Of a DNA stretch of 64,000 nucleotides, positions 1 to 7,873 are shown one piece after another. The DNA lies in the IMG/VR virus record IMGVR_UViG_3300032093_000109, positions 1,314 to 65,313 of that record; one strand, given 5' to 3'. Each line of letters starts with the position of its first letter. Within the stretch, counting starts at the first letter, position 1. This DNA is from a virus (lineage: Duplodnaviria > Caudoviricetes). The notes beneath the pieces are model-generated. The model was not told the DNA's origin, did not search any database, and was given only the letters and a program-made list of their open reading frames with translations. The position numbers and the translations under genes were made by a program.

Positions 1-2
1 TC

Positions 3-515
3 CTGCGCCGTGGCACCTTCGAAGACCATTGTCATGGTCGCCTTGAGCGCTTCAATCAGGTCAGCAGCAACCGCCGTCTCGTTGACCGTGGAGACCAAAG
101 ACACCAGCGTGCTGGCTACATCCGAGCCCGTGGCACCCTCCAAAATGGTTCCGAGGTACTCAGGGGTGGAGCTGGTCAGATCGGAGCCTGTAGCGCTCTC
201 ATTGACGTTTGTGGCGAAGTTGCTCAGTGCTGAGACCGAGTCCAGACCACTGGCGAGTTCAAAGACGGCCACATTGACCGAAGCAAGCGCAGAGACCTGA
301 TCTTGTCCTGTGGCAGTTTCCGTGACCAGAGAGACAAACACCACGCGGGTGGATACTGAATCCGTCCCGGTGGCGCTCTCAGAGATATTGCTGGCGAAGT
401 TGGCCAGCGCAGAAGTTAGGTCAGCCCCAGACGCAGACTCATTGATGAGTGCGATGTAGACGTTGCCGCTCAGCGCGGCGAACGGCGATGTAGCGAATGG
501 GGCTCCTGCAAACAC
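3..515 (-). CDS. virion structural/tail protein with ~19-aa E-x-A-x-G-x-D repeats (partial, runs off window)
   Basis: Not in ORF track. GTG start right after the stop of 517..1038; reads MFAGAPFATSPFAALSG...INESASGADLTS...ISESATGTDSVS...VTETATGQDQVS, open to the window edge. Confidence 0.7.
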   Translation of the reverse strand, partial: MFAGAPFATSPFAALSGNVYIALINESASGADLTSALANFASNISESATGTDSVSTRVVFVSLVTETATGQDQVSALASVNVAVFELASGLDSVSALSNFATNVNESATGSDLTSSTPEYLGTILEGATGSDVASTLVSLVSTVNETAVAADLIEALKATMTMVFEGATAQ

Positions 516-516
516 A

Positions 517-1038
517 TTACGCAGCGTCGAGGCTGAAGGTGTACGTGCAGTTGATCACGTCGCCCGAGACCACAGCGCGATCGCCGGGAGCGGCGAAGTC
601 GGAGGCCGAGAACAGCACGCCAGTGGTGCCGCCTTTGGTATTGTTTGAGGTCAGGAACGCACCGCCCACAACGGTCGTACCGTTGATGCTGAACACTGCC
701 ACAGAAGACGAGTTGGTGATCACCGAAGGATCGGCCGTAGTAGCCGCGCTGAAGATAGCTTGGGGACGAGTAGCTTGGCTGTACGCCGTGACTTCCGTCC
801 AGCCAGCGTGGGAGGTCATGGTGTTGGCTGCCGCAGGGTTGTTCGAAGCGGCAGCGCCGTACAGGCCAATGTACCAAGCAGCGGTGTAACCCGAGCCGGT
901 GAAATACTTGTCATTCATGTCCTTGAGGCCGACGTTGACCACGAGGTTGTGCTTCTCTTCAGACCACTTGAGGTTTCCCTCGCTGTCGAAACACTGCACG
1001 GTGAACACGCCACCAGCTTTGACTTTTTCAATGCTCAT
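517..1038 (-). CDS. virion structural (tail-associated) protein
   Basis: HNLVVNxG...WYIGL...GWTE motif typical of phage tail proteins; RBS GGAG upstream; in structural operon. Confidence 0.7.
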   Translation of the reverse strand: MSIEKVKAGGVFTVQCFDSEGNLKWSEEKHNLVVNVGLKDMNDKYFTGSGYTAAWYIGLYGAAASNNPAAANTMTSHAGWTEVTAYSQATRPQAIFSAATTADPSVITNSSSVAVFSINGTTVVGGAFLTSNNTKGGTTGVLFSASDFAAPGDRAVVSGDVINCTYTFSLDAA

Positions 1039-1050
1039 TTCAAGCTCCTA

Positions 1051-1455
1051 TTAGGAAAAACGGATCAGTGCACTGGACACTGTGTTGGCGGGCACCTGCA
1101 CCAAGAACGTGTTGGTTGCAGTCTTGTCGGAACCAAAGTCCAAGACCGCGACGGACTTGTTCCCTTTGGAGCTATTGTAAATGAGGGCACCCCGAGCGGT
1201 AAACGCTGCAGGGTTCCACGACACGTTGGCGAAGTTCACATAGCCAGCTGCGTTCACGCTGATGCCGGTCATGACTTCCCCGCCGGCCGTGTAGCCAGTC
1301 CCGGAAGTTTCGCCGGTCACCGTGTAAACGGTGGTGCTTGCATCCAAGTCGGCCGTAGCCAGATACAAAGCGATCTTGAACGTGTCGGTGTTGAAGTCGT
1401 GGATGCCTTGCAGAAGCTCGGCTTTGAACGAAGTGGTTGCGGTTTGGGTGATCAT
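1051..1455 (-). CDS. virion structural (tail/baseplate-like) protein
   Basis: TSFKxELLxGxHDF...FKIALY...GTGYTAGG...ARGALIYN pattern common in phage structural proteins. Confidence 0.7.
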   Translation of the reverse strand: MITQTATTSFKAELLQGIHDFNTDTFKIALYLATADLDASTTVYTVTGETSGTGYTAGGEVMTGISVNAAGYVNFANVSWNPAAFTARGALIYNSSKGNKSVAVLDFGSDKTATNTFLVQVPANTVSSALIRFS

Positions 1456-2171
1456 GCGGCGACCTCGAATTTATTCAGTTTGCGCATGTTCTCAACGCCG
1501 GGTATGACTTGCAAATTTAGTGGTACGTGCAGCCCCGACACGCGCTTTCCTTGAAGCGGAATTATATGATCGACGTGCCAAACAAAACCAAAAAGTTTTG
1601 TGCGTAAAGCCGCAATCTCATAAGCCTGCTGCATAGCCCAGTGCTCGTCATCTGACAGCCAGCTTGGTGTTCGCTTTAGCTCGGCCGCATGGCGTCGTTG
1701 TTGCGCGGCTGCTACGAGGTGCTTGTTGTTCTGCCGCCAGTTGCGGGTTGTCTGCTTGCGCTTTTCAGGGTTCTCTTGGCGATACCGCACACCGGCTACA
1801 CGAATAGCTTCGGCGTTTTTAAACTTGGTCTTGCGAGCGTACTCGCGCACTTTCTCTGGATTTCTGGCCGACCAAGCCTTGATGATTTCTGCGCACTTTT
1901 CTCGGTTTTTTGCTCGGTATTCGGCATCCCGGTCACGTTTTTTCTGCGCCTTCAAAGGGTCCGCCATAGCTTTTAAACGGTCTTTCTGACGTTGCAAACG
2001 TGTACGCTCCGGATCGGTTGATCGGCTTTTCTGCAAATTTTGTTTTGCGCACTCCACACAGGCCCCGGACACCCGACGTAGTCCATCCAACTCTGGATGC
2101 GCTTTGCAGGGACTCCCAAAACATGTTGGCAACCCTAACGCTTTGGCTTCTTGTCGGGTGTATCGTGTCAT
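1452..2171 (-). CDS. free-standing HNH homing endonuclease
   Basis: C-terminal HVDHIIPLQG...GLHVPxNLQVI...EN; N-terminal PCxxH...CxxC; K/R-rich helix; ATGA overlaps with both neighbours. Confidence 0.85.
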   Translation of the reverse strand: MTRYTRQEAKALGLPTCFGSPCKAHPELDGLRRVSGACVECAKQNLQKSRSTDPERTRLQRQKDRLKAMADPLKAQKKRDRDAEYRAKNREKCAEIIKAWSARNPEKVREYARKTKFKNAEAIRVAGVRYRQENPEKRKQTTRNWRQNNKHLVAAAQQRRHAAELKRTPSWLSDDEHWAMQQAYEIAALRTKLFGFVWHVDHIIPLQGKRVSGLHVPLNLQVIPGVENMRKLNKFEVAA

Positions 2172-2875
2172 GTCACCGCCTGACGGTACTGCCCATTTCT
2201 ATAACTGTCGGACCTTTCGAGGCCATCACCCAAGCGTTTAGCCAATGCCATAGCCTCTTTGTATTTAGTTTCCAGAACAATGCCTTCAGTTTGCACATCG
2301 ACCTTCATAAATATAGCGGCCTCGACTAACGATCCATACAGCAGCACAGAATCAAAATTGTCTCCGAGCCACGTAGTACCCGCTGTAACAATGGACTCGG
2401 GGAAGTAATAGTAATGAAGTTCTACATTATACGCCGCATCTGGCGTTGGGCCAAGGATGAAGCTCAGCTCATTCGTGGGTGCCGGAGGGTTTGTGTTCGT
2501 GGTCGTTGGACCGAACAGTGCATAGTACTTCGGGATGCCGGTAGACGCCGGGTTAGGGTACGCCTGACGGATGAAGTTCACATCCTTGTTGAGCAGAAAC
2601 TCGTAGCGCCCGGTAGCGTCAATGACCGCCATTGAGTACACCGACAAGAAGTCAGAGGGCGACGACAGGTACTTGTTCGATACCGTGGTCAAGCCCGTCA
2701 CGTTCTTGCGGATCGAGGGGAACTGCACCGTGTTGTAGATGCGCTGCTCGGCTTGCCGAATGAACGTGTTGATCTGATCCTCGGACGTGACTGTCTGGCC
2801 GTCCCACGTCCCGGTGTCCGGGAACGTGTTCTCCAAGTACGCTTGAATGTTGGCAGACAGCTCGGCGTAGTTCAT
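2168..2875 (-). CDS. head-tail adaptor / tail tubular protein A-like
   Basis: MNYAEL...FIRQAEQRI...GIPKYYA...LGPTPD...LLYGSLVEA motifs; position in the head-tail block. Confidence 0.7.
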   Translation of the reverse strand: MNYAELSANIQAYLENTFPDTGTWDGQTVTSEDQINTFIRQAEQRIYNTVQFPSIRKNVTGLTTVSNKYLSSPSDFLSVYSMAVIDATGRYEFLLNKDVNFIRQAYPNPASTGIPKYYALFGPTTTNTNPPAPTNELSFILGPTPDAAYNVELHYYYFPESIVTAGTTWLGDNFDSVLLYGSLVEAAIFMKVDVQTEGIVLETKYKEAMALAKRLGDGLERSDSYRNGQYRQAVT

Positions 2876-2882
2876 TCAGACC

Positions 2883-3062
2883 TCACGCCATTGGGCCACG
2901 GGCCATGGTGCCTTTTGTAGCCGCGCCAGTGCCGCGAATTTTGATGCCGCCGCCTTCAGCCAAGCCCTTGTGAGCTTTTGACGCAGGCTTGTTCGCGTGC
3001 GCTTTGAGCATCTTCTGCATCACCTTCTTGTCCATCTTCACATCAGAGTGTTTGGTTGCCAT
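2883..3062 (-). CDS. small basic virion-associated protein (59 aa)
   Basis: Not in track; MATKHSDVKMDKK...LAEGGGIKIRGTGAATKGTMARGPMA; AGGAG RBS upstream; fills the gap. Confidence 0.7.
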   Translation of the reverse strand: MATKHSDVKMDKKVMQKMLKAHANKPASKAHKGLAEGGGIKIRGTGAATKGTMARGPMA

Positions 3063-3071
3063 GTCGGCTCC

Positions 3072-3461
3072 TTACGTTACAACTACCGTTACTGTACCAA
3101 CTTCCACGTTCAACACCAAGTCATTTGGCGTCAAACCTGCATCTGTGGCATACGCGCCGCCAACAGGCAGCCAGCCCCACTGGATGTCTCGACTACCCCC
3201 ACCGGCATAACCATCTGCCAACAAGCCCGACTGCAGATAGCTGCTGTCAGGACGCGGGTTGCGCAGGCCCTGCGGGTCGTCCACTGGGAACATGCCCAGT
3301 TGCAGCTGCGGCTGATCAGGCTCCCAGCACTCTTTGCAGACCAGAATGTTGACGTTCTTGGTCTTGATGACCAATGCTTTTAGCTCTTTGAGCCGAAACT
3401 GAAAGCCACAGCGATCGCATATCGAGATCGCCTTTTTGCCTTGGGCAAACCGATTACCCAC
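3072..3461 (-). CDS. Zn-ribbon phage protein
   Basis: CDRCG...VCKEC, PQLQLG...DPQGLRNPRPD. Confidence 0.7.
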   Translation of the reverse strand: MGNRFAQGKKAISICDRCGFQFRLKELKALVIKTKNVNILVCKECWEPDQPQLQLGMFPVDDPQGLRNPRPDSSYLQSGLLADGYAGGGSRDIQWGWLPVGGAYATDAGLTPNDLVLNVEVGTVTVVVT

Positions 3462-3463
3462 GC

Positions 3464-4156
3464 TCAGCTCCCAATGAACTGCTGGCGGGGCACGAATCGA
3501 ACAGCGGCTTTTTCTTGGTCTTCACCTGCGGCCAAGCCCCAAGCCTCGTCGTACTGTTCTTTGAGCACACCCAAACGCTCGGCACCACCGGGCACCTTCA
3601 GGGCCAAGTAGTAGGCCAAGCCTGCAACCATGCAGGGGATGAAGCGAAACGGCATGTCCATCGTGTTCACACCATCACCTGCGTTCTGGATACGGCGCAT
3701 GCGCCAATAGACGAGCTGGTACGTCTGGCTGTCGTCTGGTATGGGCCACAGGGTCACGCGAGGGGTGTTCAAGCGCTCCACCCAAATCTGGATGGGTCGG
3801 GCTTGCTGGAGTTTGTTGGGGATCGTGGCGTAGGTCGAGACGCTGATCCGGGTAATGGTCAGGTCGGCCTGTGTTGATTCGTTGCCAGCGCCTGTGCGGA
3901 TGACATGCTCCAGCAGGTCCACGGTGTCTTCTGGCAGGTTGTATGTGGCAGTGCCGGGGATCAAGTTAATCGTGCCTTGCTCGAAGGTGAACATGTTCAC
4001 GCCTCGGTTGGCCCAGTCTGCAAACATCAAGTTCAAGGAACGCCGCGCTGTGCGCAGGTCGTAACCGGTCCTGAGTTCGCCGCCGCAACGCTCGAACGCC
4101 TCTTCGACGATCTCGGAGAGGTCCAAATTGAAGTTTGCGACGCCTGATGTTGCCAT
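3464..4156 (-). CDS. head-tail connector / adaptor protein
   Basis: IVEEAFERCG...ARRSLNLM..WANRG...P.RF.PC.VAGLAYYLA conserved podophage adaptor-like pattern. Confidence 0.7.
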   Translation of the reverse strand: MATSGVANFNLDLSEIVEEAFERCGGELRTGYDLRTARRSLNLMFADWANRGVNMFTFEQGTINLIPGTATYNLPEDTVDLLEHVIRTGAGNESTQADLTITRISVSTYATIPNKLQQARPIQIWVERLNTPRVTLWPIPDDSQTYQLVYWRMRRIQNAGDGVNTMDMPFRFIPCMVAGLAYYLALKVPGGAERLGVLKEQYDEAWGLAAGEDQEKAAVRFVPRQQFIGS

Positions 4157-4158
4157 GG

Positions 4159-4686
4159 TTAAATCATCCTACCTTTGGTCTTGCCTTTTTGGGCGATGCC
4201 GTCTGCACGAGAAGAAGCTTTGGAAGCCGCCTTCTTGACTGTACCGCCTTTTTTGTAGTCGTCGCTATTGAAAGCACGATCAGCCCCGAAGCCAACACTG
4301 GCCAGCTGACTTTTGGCGGCATCTTCCCCAACCTCTCTTTTCACGCGAGAGAGAATGCGAGCGTTTTTTTCTTTTTTCAAAACTTCCGGTGAAGCTTTAA
4401 ATGGGTGCCTACCTGTTTTTTTGATGATTTCCGCAAGCAACTTATCTTGCTTCTCGTTTTTGGCGACGTCTCTGCCAATCAAGCCGCTGATGTCTGGTTT
4501 TGCTTTTGCCGCTGCTTTACCGCGCAGAGGGGCTGCCAAAGCCATTGCGCCGCGCACGGGTGCAGCCAGCAAACTTTCTAGGGTGGTGTCTGTTTGTAAA
4601 GCCTGTTTTTTCTCCATCATATCGCGCCATGCTTTGGAGCCATACTCTGGAGCGTCGTCTTCTAAAACGCTTTTGTATTCAGCCAT
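4159..4686 (-). CDS. basic protein with C-terminal YKKGG...RADGIAQKGKTKG tail
   Basis: ORF track; C-terminal motif shared with 5198..5425. Confidence 0.65.
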   Translation of the reverse strand: MAEYKSVLEDDAPEYGSKAWRDMMEKKQALQTDTTLESLLAAPVRGAMALAAPLRGKAAAKAKPDISGLIGRDVAKNEKQDKLLAEIIKKTGRHPFKASPEVLKKEKNARILSRVKREVGEDAAKSQLASVGFGADRAFNSDDYKKGGTVKKAASKASSRADGIAQKGKTKGRMI

Positions 4687-4919
4687 TATCTAAACCCTGC
4701 TGTTTTCTTTGCGATGGACTTGGGCTGCGCTACGAACTGCTTCCCGGCTTTTTTGCCAGCGCGTTTCGCACGCGTTGTAGCAGCGTACTCAGCAGGGCTG
4801 AGGCTTTTAATCGCAGCTTTAGGTAGGTATCGTTCACCTGTTTCAGAAGATTTTTTACCACTTTTGGTCCCCCATTTTTGGTCGGTCCAGTCTTTTAGAG
4901 ATTTCTGCGGTGCTTTCAT
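4686..4919 (-). CDS. DUF5872-like protein, C-terminal half
   Basis: QKSLKDWTxQKWxTKSG...GERYLP..A...LS; likely start ATG 4919. Confidence 0.6.
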   Translation of the reverse strand: MKAPQKSLKDWTDQKWGTKSGKKSSETGERYLPKAAIKSLSPAEYAATTRAKRAGKKAGKQFVAQPKSIAKKTAGFR

Positions 4920-4920
4920 C

Positions 4921-5196
4921 TCAGTCCCTGTACCTGCCGCCAGCGGCTTTGTACTTCTTGGCGACCAATTGTGCCTTACGTGCAGACCATTGGCCCGCCT
5001 TGGTTCCATGCGTGGCAGCGGCTTTCACTTGGCTTACGATCTTCTTGCGAAGACTGGGCTTGGTGTAGTTGCCAGCGGCGTTCACCTTCCCACCCTCTTT
5101 GTATTGGGTGAAGTCGGTGTCATCCAGACGGCCCTTACGCTTTGGTCCGGGCATTTTAGATGGGAGCATGTCCCCCATACCGCGACTGCGTAGCAT
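4921..5196 (-). CDS. DUF5872-like protein, N-terminal half
   Basis: NYTKPSLRK...GQWSARKAQLVAKKYKAAGG; likely start ATG 5196. Confidence 0.6.
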   Translation of the reverse strand: MLRSRGMGDMLPSKMPGPKRKGRLDDTDFTQYKEGGKVNAAGNYTKPSLRKKIVSQVKAAATHGTKAGQWSARKAQLVAKKYKAAGGRYRD

Positions 5197-5197
5197 G

Positions 5198-5425
5198 TCA
5201 GACCATCTTGCCTTTGGTCTTGCCTTTTTTGGCGCAACCATCAGCCGCACGGACGTAACCGCCGGCTTTGAACGTGGTACGAGCCTTCTCGTATGCCTCG
5301 TCCAGCTTGGGCTGGTTCTTTTCGTCTTCAGCGGTTTGCAGCATGCCCTTGATGTCGCTCGCACGTTTGCGCGACTCGCCTGCAGACTTATGCGCTTTCA
5401 GCGACGCCATTTTTGCTTTGCTCAT
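5198..5425 (-). CDS. small basic protein (FKAGG...ADGCAKKGKTKG tail)
   Basis: ORF with AGGAG RBS; shared C-terminal motif. Confidence 0.65.
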   Translation of the reverse strand: MSKAKMASLKAHKSAGESRKRASDIKGMLQTAEDEKNQPKLDEAYEKARTTFKAGGYVRAADGCAKKGKTKGKMV

Positions 5426-5435
5426 GGTGCGCTCC

Positions 5436-5660
5436 TTAGCAGGTTTTGCCGCCGCCAGCCATCTTGATCATGGTGCCCTTGGTGCCGCCCTTTTTGATCA
5501 CACCGTCAGGACGCGAATTGGTCTTGACCGCGCCCATTTTCATGGCGGGCTTCTTGGCCGCAGCTTTTTTGGCTGCAGGCTTTTTCTTGCCGAACATCTC
5601 TTGCATGTCGGCCTTGGCCATACCGCGACCCATTTTCTTCATCATTGCGTTTTCCATCAT
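5436..5660 (-). CDS. small Lys/Ala/Met-rich protein
   Basis: KKPAAKKAAAKK (histone H1-like composition); RPDGVIKKGGTKG; AGGAG RBS. Confidence 0.65.
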   Translation of the reverse strand: MMENAMMKKMGRGMAKADMQEMFGKKKPAAKKAAAKKPAMKMGAVKTNSRPDGVIKKGGTKGTMIKMAGGGKTC

Positions 5661-5794
5661 TTGCTCCTTTTGGCCTTGTCGGCCTTTACAAACTCTTTAC
5701 CCACCTTGACGGGCACCTGAACCTTCTTGGCGAACTTGGGGTTGTTCGCCACCGCTTGCATGAACTTCTTCTGCTCTGGTGATTTGCTGGGCAT
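5657..5794 (-). CDS. small basic phage protein (45 aa)
   Basis: Not in track; MPSKSPEQKKFMQAVANNPKFAKKVQVPVKVGKEF; TAATG and ATGA overlaps at both ends. Confidence 0.7.
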   Translation of the reverse strand: MPSKSPEQKKFMQAVANNPKFAKKVQVPVKVGKEFVKADKAKRSK

Positions 5795-6039
5795 TACTTC
5801 CCCACGTACCAATTGGTGAGTTGAACCAACCCTGCGCCCACGACGCTACTGGCTCCGCCAACCAACATCAAAACCTTCCATCCGCCACGAGCTTCGGAAA
5901 GCGTTTTGTCGATTGCCAACAACGTTGCTTGCATCTCTTTCATGTTCACCAGCATCTTGTCCATGTCATCTTGCAAATGCTTGATGTCGGACGCATGCGT
6001 GGCGAGTTCTCGGGCTGTTTGGATAGCATCGTCACTCAT
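5794..6039 (-). CDS. coiled-coil plus C-terminal TM protein
   Basis: Heptad region followed by hydrophobic GWKVLMLVGGASSVVGAGLV. Confidence 0.6.
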   Translation of the reverse strand: MSDDAIQTARELATHASDIKHLQDDMDKMLVNMKEMQATLLAIDKTLSEARGGWKVLMLVGGASSVVGAGLVQLTNWYVGK

Positions 6040-6040
6040 G

Positions 6041-6301
6041 TCAGCACTTCCATCTTTTCAGGGCAGCCGCCTTGCGGGTGGGCCGGCCCTTTTCGTCTTT
6101 CAGCGGACCCGGCATCCCGGACATGCGAGCGCAGAAAGAGTTCTTGCGCTTGCCGCCTTGGGGCTGGGGGGCTTTGAGATTACTACCGGTGGCAGCGTTG
6201 TACTTGGCACGGCCCTTGGCAGTCAGCCCCGCTCCTTTGGAGACGGGTAGCTTCTCACCACGACCGACTGCAAGGGATGGGGTCTTCTTCTTGGTAGCCA
6301 T
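6041..6301 (-). CDS. DUF6321-like basic phage protein
   Basis: GLTAKGR..YN..TGS.LK.P...R.SFCARM.G...KRWKC. Confidence 0.7.
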   Translation of the reverse strand: MATKKKTPSLAVGRGEKLPVSKGAGLTAKGRAKYNAATGSNLKAPQPQGGKRKNSFCARMSGMPGPLKDEKGRPTRKAAALKRWKC

Positions 6302-6303
6302 GA

Positions 6304-6615
6304 TCAGCCGTAGAACAAAACGATGGACGTGGTGTTCGTCACCGTGCCGTGTAGATCGCCCTCTTTGCAGAGAACGCCTTCTCCCGGAACGGGGATGATT
6401 GTGTAGCCGGCAGTCGTGTTGGCAGCGGTGTTAACCGTGGCGATGATGTTGCCCGAGGCCCCACCTTCGCGGATCACCACAGACCCGGCGCTGGCACCAT
6501 TCACGGCGTAGATCGTTTTGACACGAGTACGGGGAATGTCGCCATCACCTTGGGTCTTGAAGTTGCCAGTCGCCGTCAGCGGCTTGGTCGCTAAGACGTC
6601 AGTTTGCATACCCAT
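6304..6615 (-). CDS. virion structural protein
   Basis: beta-rich, IPVPGEGVL...FYG C-terminus; follows the capsid block. Confidence 0.6.
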   Translation of the reverse strand: MGMQTDVLATKPLTATGNFKTQGDGDIPRTRVKTIYAVNGASAGSVVIREGGASGNIIATVNTAANTTAGYTIIPVPGEGVLCKEGDLHGTVTNTTSIVLFYG

Positions 6616-6628
6616 GGTGGGCTCCTAA

Positions 6629-7048
6629 TTAGGCAGTGCGCGTGAACACGTAGGCAGTAGCGCTGGAGAACATGATGGTGTAACGAGCCAAACCGGTAGC
6701 GCCGGAGGCAACAGTCAAATCACCAAAAGAGCCAGCGGTATCTGTAGCTGCGGTGGACAGGATCGCGTTGGTGTTCACTGCGATGGTCACGGTGTTTGCG
6801 CCAGCGGTGTTGTCGATGAACAAGTCCAACACGGTGCCTTTGGTCGCGCCGATGGCAGAACCCAGAGCCGTACCGGTAGGCAAGGTGATCGTGGTAGCGG
6901 CAGCCGAGGTCGAAGTGATGTAACCAGATGCAACTTGAGCTGCAGTAGCGGTTGCCGTGGAGTTGATTGCGTTGGCGGTGGAGACTTGGTGGCCGTCGAT
7001 GAATCCGTTTTGGGATGTGACTGGGCCGTTGAACGTAGTGCGTGCCAT
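6629..7048 (-). CDS. head decoration / minor capsid protein
   Basis: MARTTFNGPV.S.NGF N-terminus, Thr/Ala rich, strongly biased codons, downstream of the major capsid gene. Confidence 0.6.
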   Translation of the reverse strand: MARTTFNGPVTSQNGFIDGHQVSTANAINSTATATAAQVASGYITSTSAAATTITLPTGTALGSAIGATKGTVLDLFIDNTAGANTVTIAVNTNAILSTAATDTAGSFGDLTVASGATGLARYTIMFSSATAYVFTRTA

Positions 7049-7054
7049 GATTGG

Positions 7055-7130
7055 TTCCTCATGCGGTTGAAGTGTTCTGTCTGCATGACGTCGGCCCGGA
7101 GCCGTCAGAACACCGAAAAAATCCGGGTTG
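7055..7130 (-). ncRNA. structured RNA, probably Mu-gpT-DE-type element
   Basis: Helices 7072-7079/7106-7113, 7095-7100/7122-7127 and 7059-7064/7083-7088 (pseudoknotted); lies downstream of a Mu-gpT-like capsid gene. Confidence 0.6.
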
Positions 7131-7140
7131 GGTGTTTATA

Positions 7141-7743
7141 TCACGCTGGTGTGGTGGGGTCAACGAGCTTGTTCGATTTTTGCAAGTTTTCTTCCTGTGT
7201 GATGACCCGCAGGTTCCATGGCACATGGAGGCCACAAACTGCCGGATTGATTAGCGGAACAATGTGGTCGACCACGTACCGCTCGCCGGTCAGTTTTGTA
7301 AGGCTCATAGCCTGAAGGTACAGGTGTCGAATGGCCAACTTTTGCTCCGCCGTTATCCACGGCGGCGTTGCTTTTTTGTGGCGGCGTTTGCGAACACTGA
7401 CAAAGGCTTTGTAAAGCTCCGGATTTTGCTTCTTATATTTCTCCCGGTGCCCCTTGCGTTCCTCGGCCGGACGGGCGTTTGCTCGCGCTATAACAGCGTC
7501 TTTGTTTGTTTCGTAGTAACGTCGCTTCGCATCTTTACCGGCTTCAGACTGGTTGTACTGCGCGAAGTACTCGGCGCGGGTTTCGTTGTCTCGCTGCCAT
7601 TGAAGTTTCATGCAATCTACGCAGACGCCCTTGGTCTTGCGCGGTGCGATGTGCCCGTGTTTGCACGGCTCTCCGGTGAAATAGTACTTGGCCCCCGTTG
7701 CCTTGGCTTCGGCTCGGGTCTTGGGTAGGTTTGTGGTGTCCAT
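7141..7743 (-). CDS. free-standing HNH homing endonuclease
   Basis: RAEAKATG..YFTGEPCKHGH..CVDC and VDHIVPL...CGLHVPWNL...EN; true start ATG 7743 with GGAG RBS. Confidence 0.85.
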   Translation of the reverse strand: MDTTNLPKTRAEAKATGAKYYFTGEPCKHGHIAPRKTKGVCVDCMKLQWQRDNETRAEYFAQYNQSEAGKDAKRRYYETNKDAVIARANARPAEERKGHREKYKKQNPELYKAFVSVRKRRHKKATPPWITAEQKLAIRHLYLQAMSLTKLTGERYVVDHIVPLINPAVCGLHVPWNLRVITQEENLQKSNKLVDPTTPA

Positions 7744-7768
7744 GTGTGCTCCTTGATACGACACAGGA

Positions 7769-7796
7769 AATATACCACAGCTATTTTCGCCGTCAA
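7769..7796 (-). promoter_or_regulatory. sigma70-like promoter for the HNH gene
   Basis: TTGACG-16-TATATT with upstream TG on the minus strand. Confidence 0.5.
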
Positions 7797-7805
7797 ACAG
7801 GCAAC

Positions 7806-7831
7806 AAAAAAGCCCCCGAAGGGGCTTTTTT
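7806..7831. terminator. bidirectional intrinsic terminator after the major capsid gene
   Basis: AAAAAAGCCCC-CGAA-GGGGCTTTTTT. Confidence 0.8.
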
Positions 7832-7873
7832 GTGCTGCGTCTTTCTTGGCTGTGAGCCAAGCGACTACGGTGC

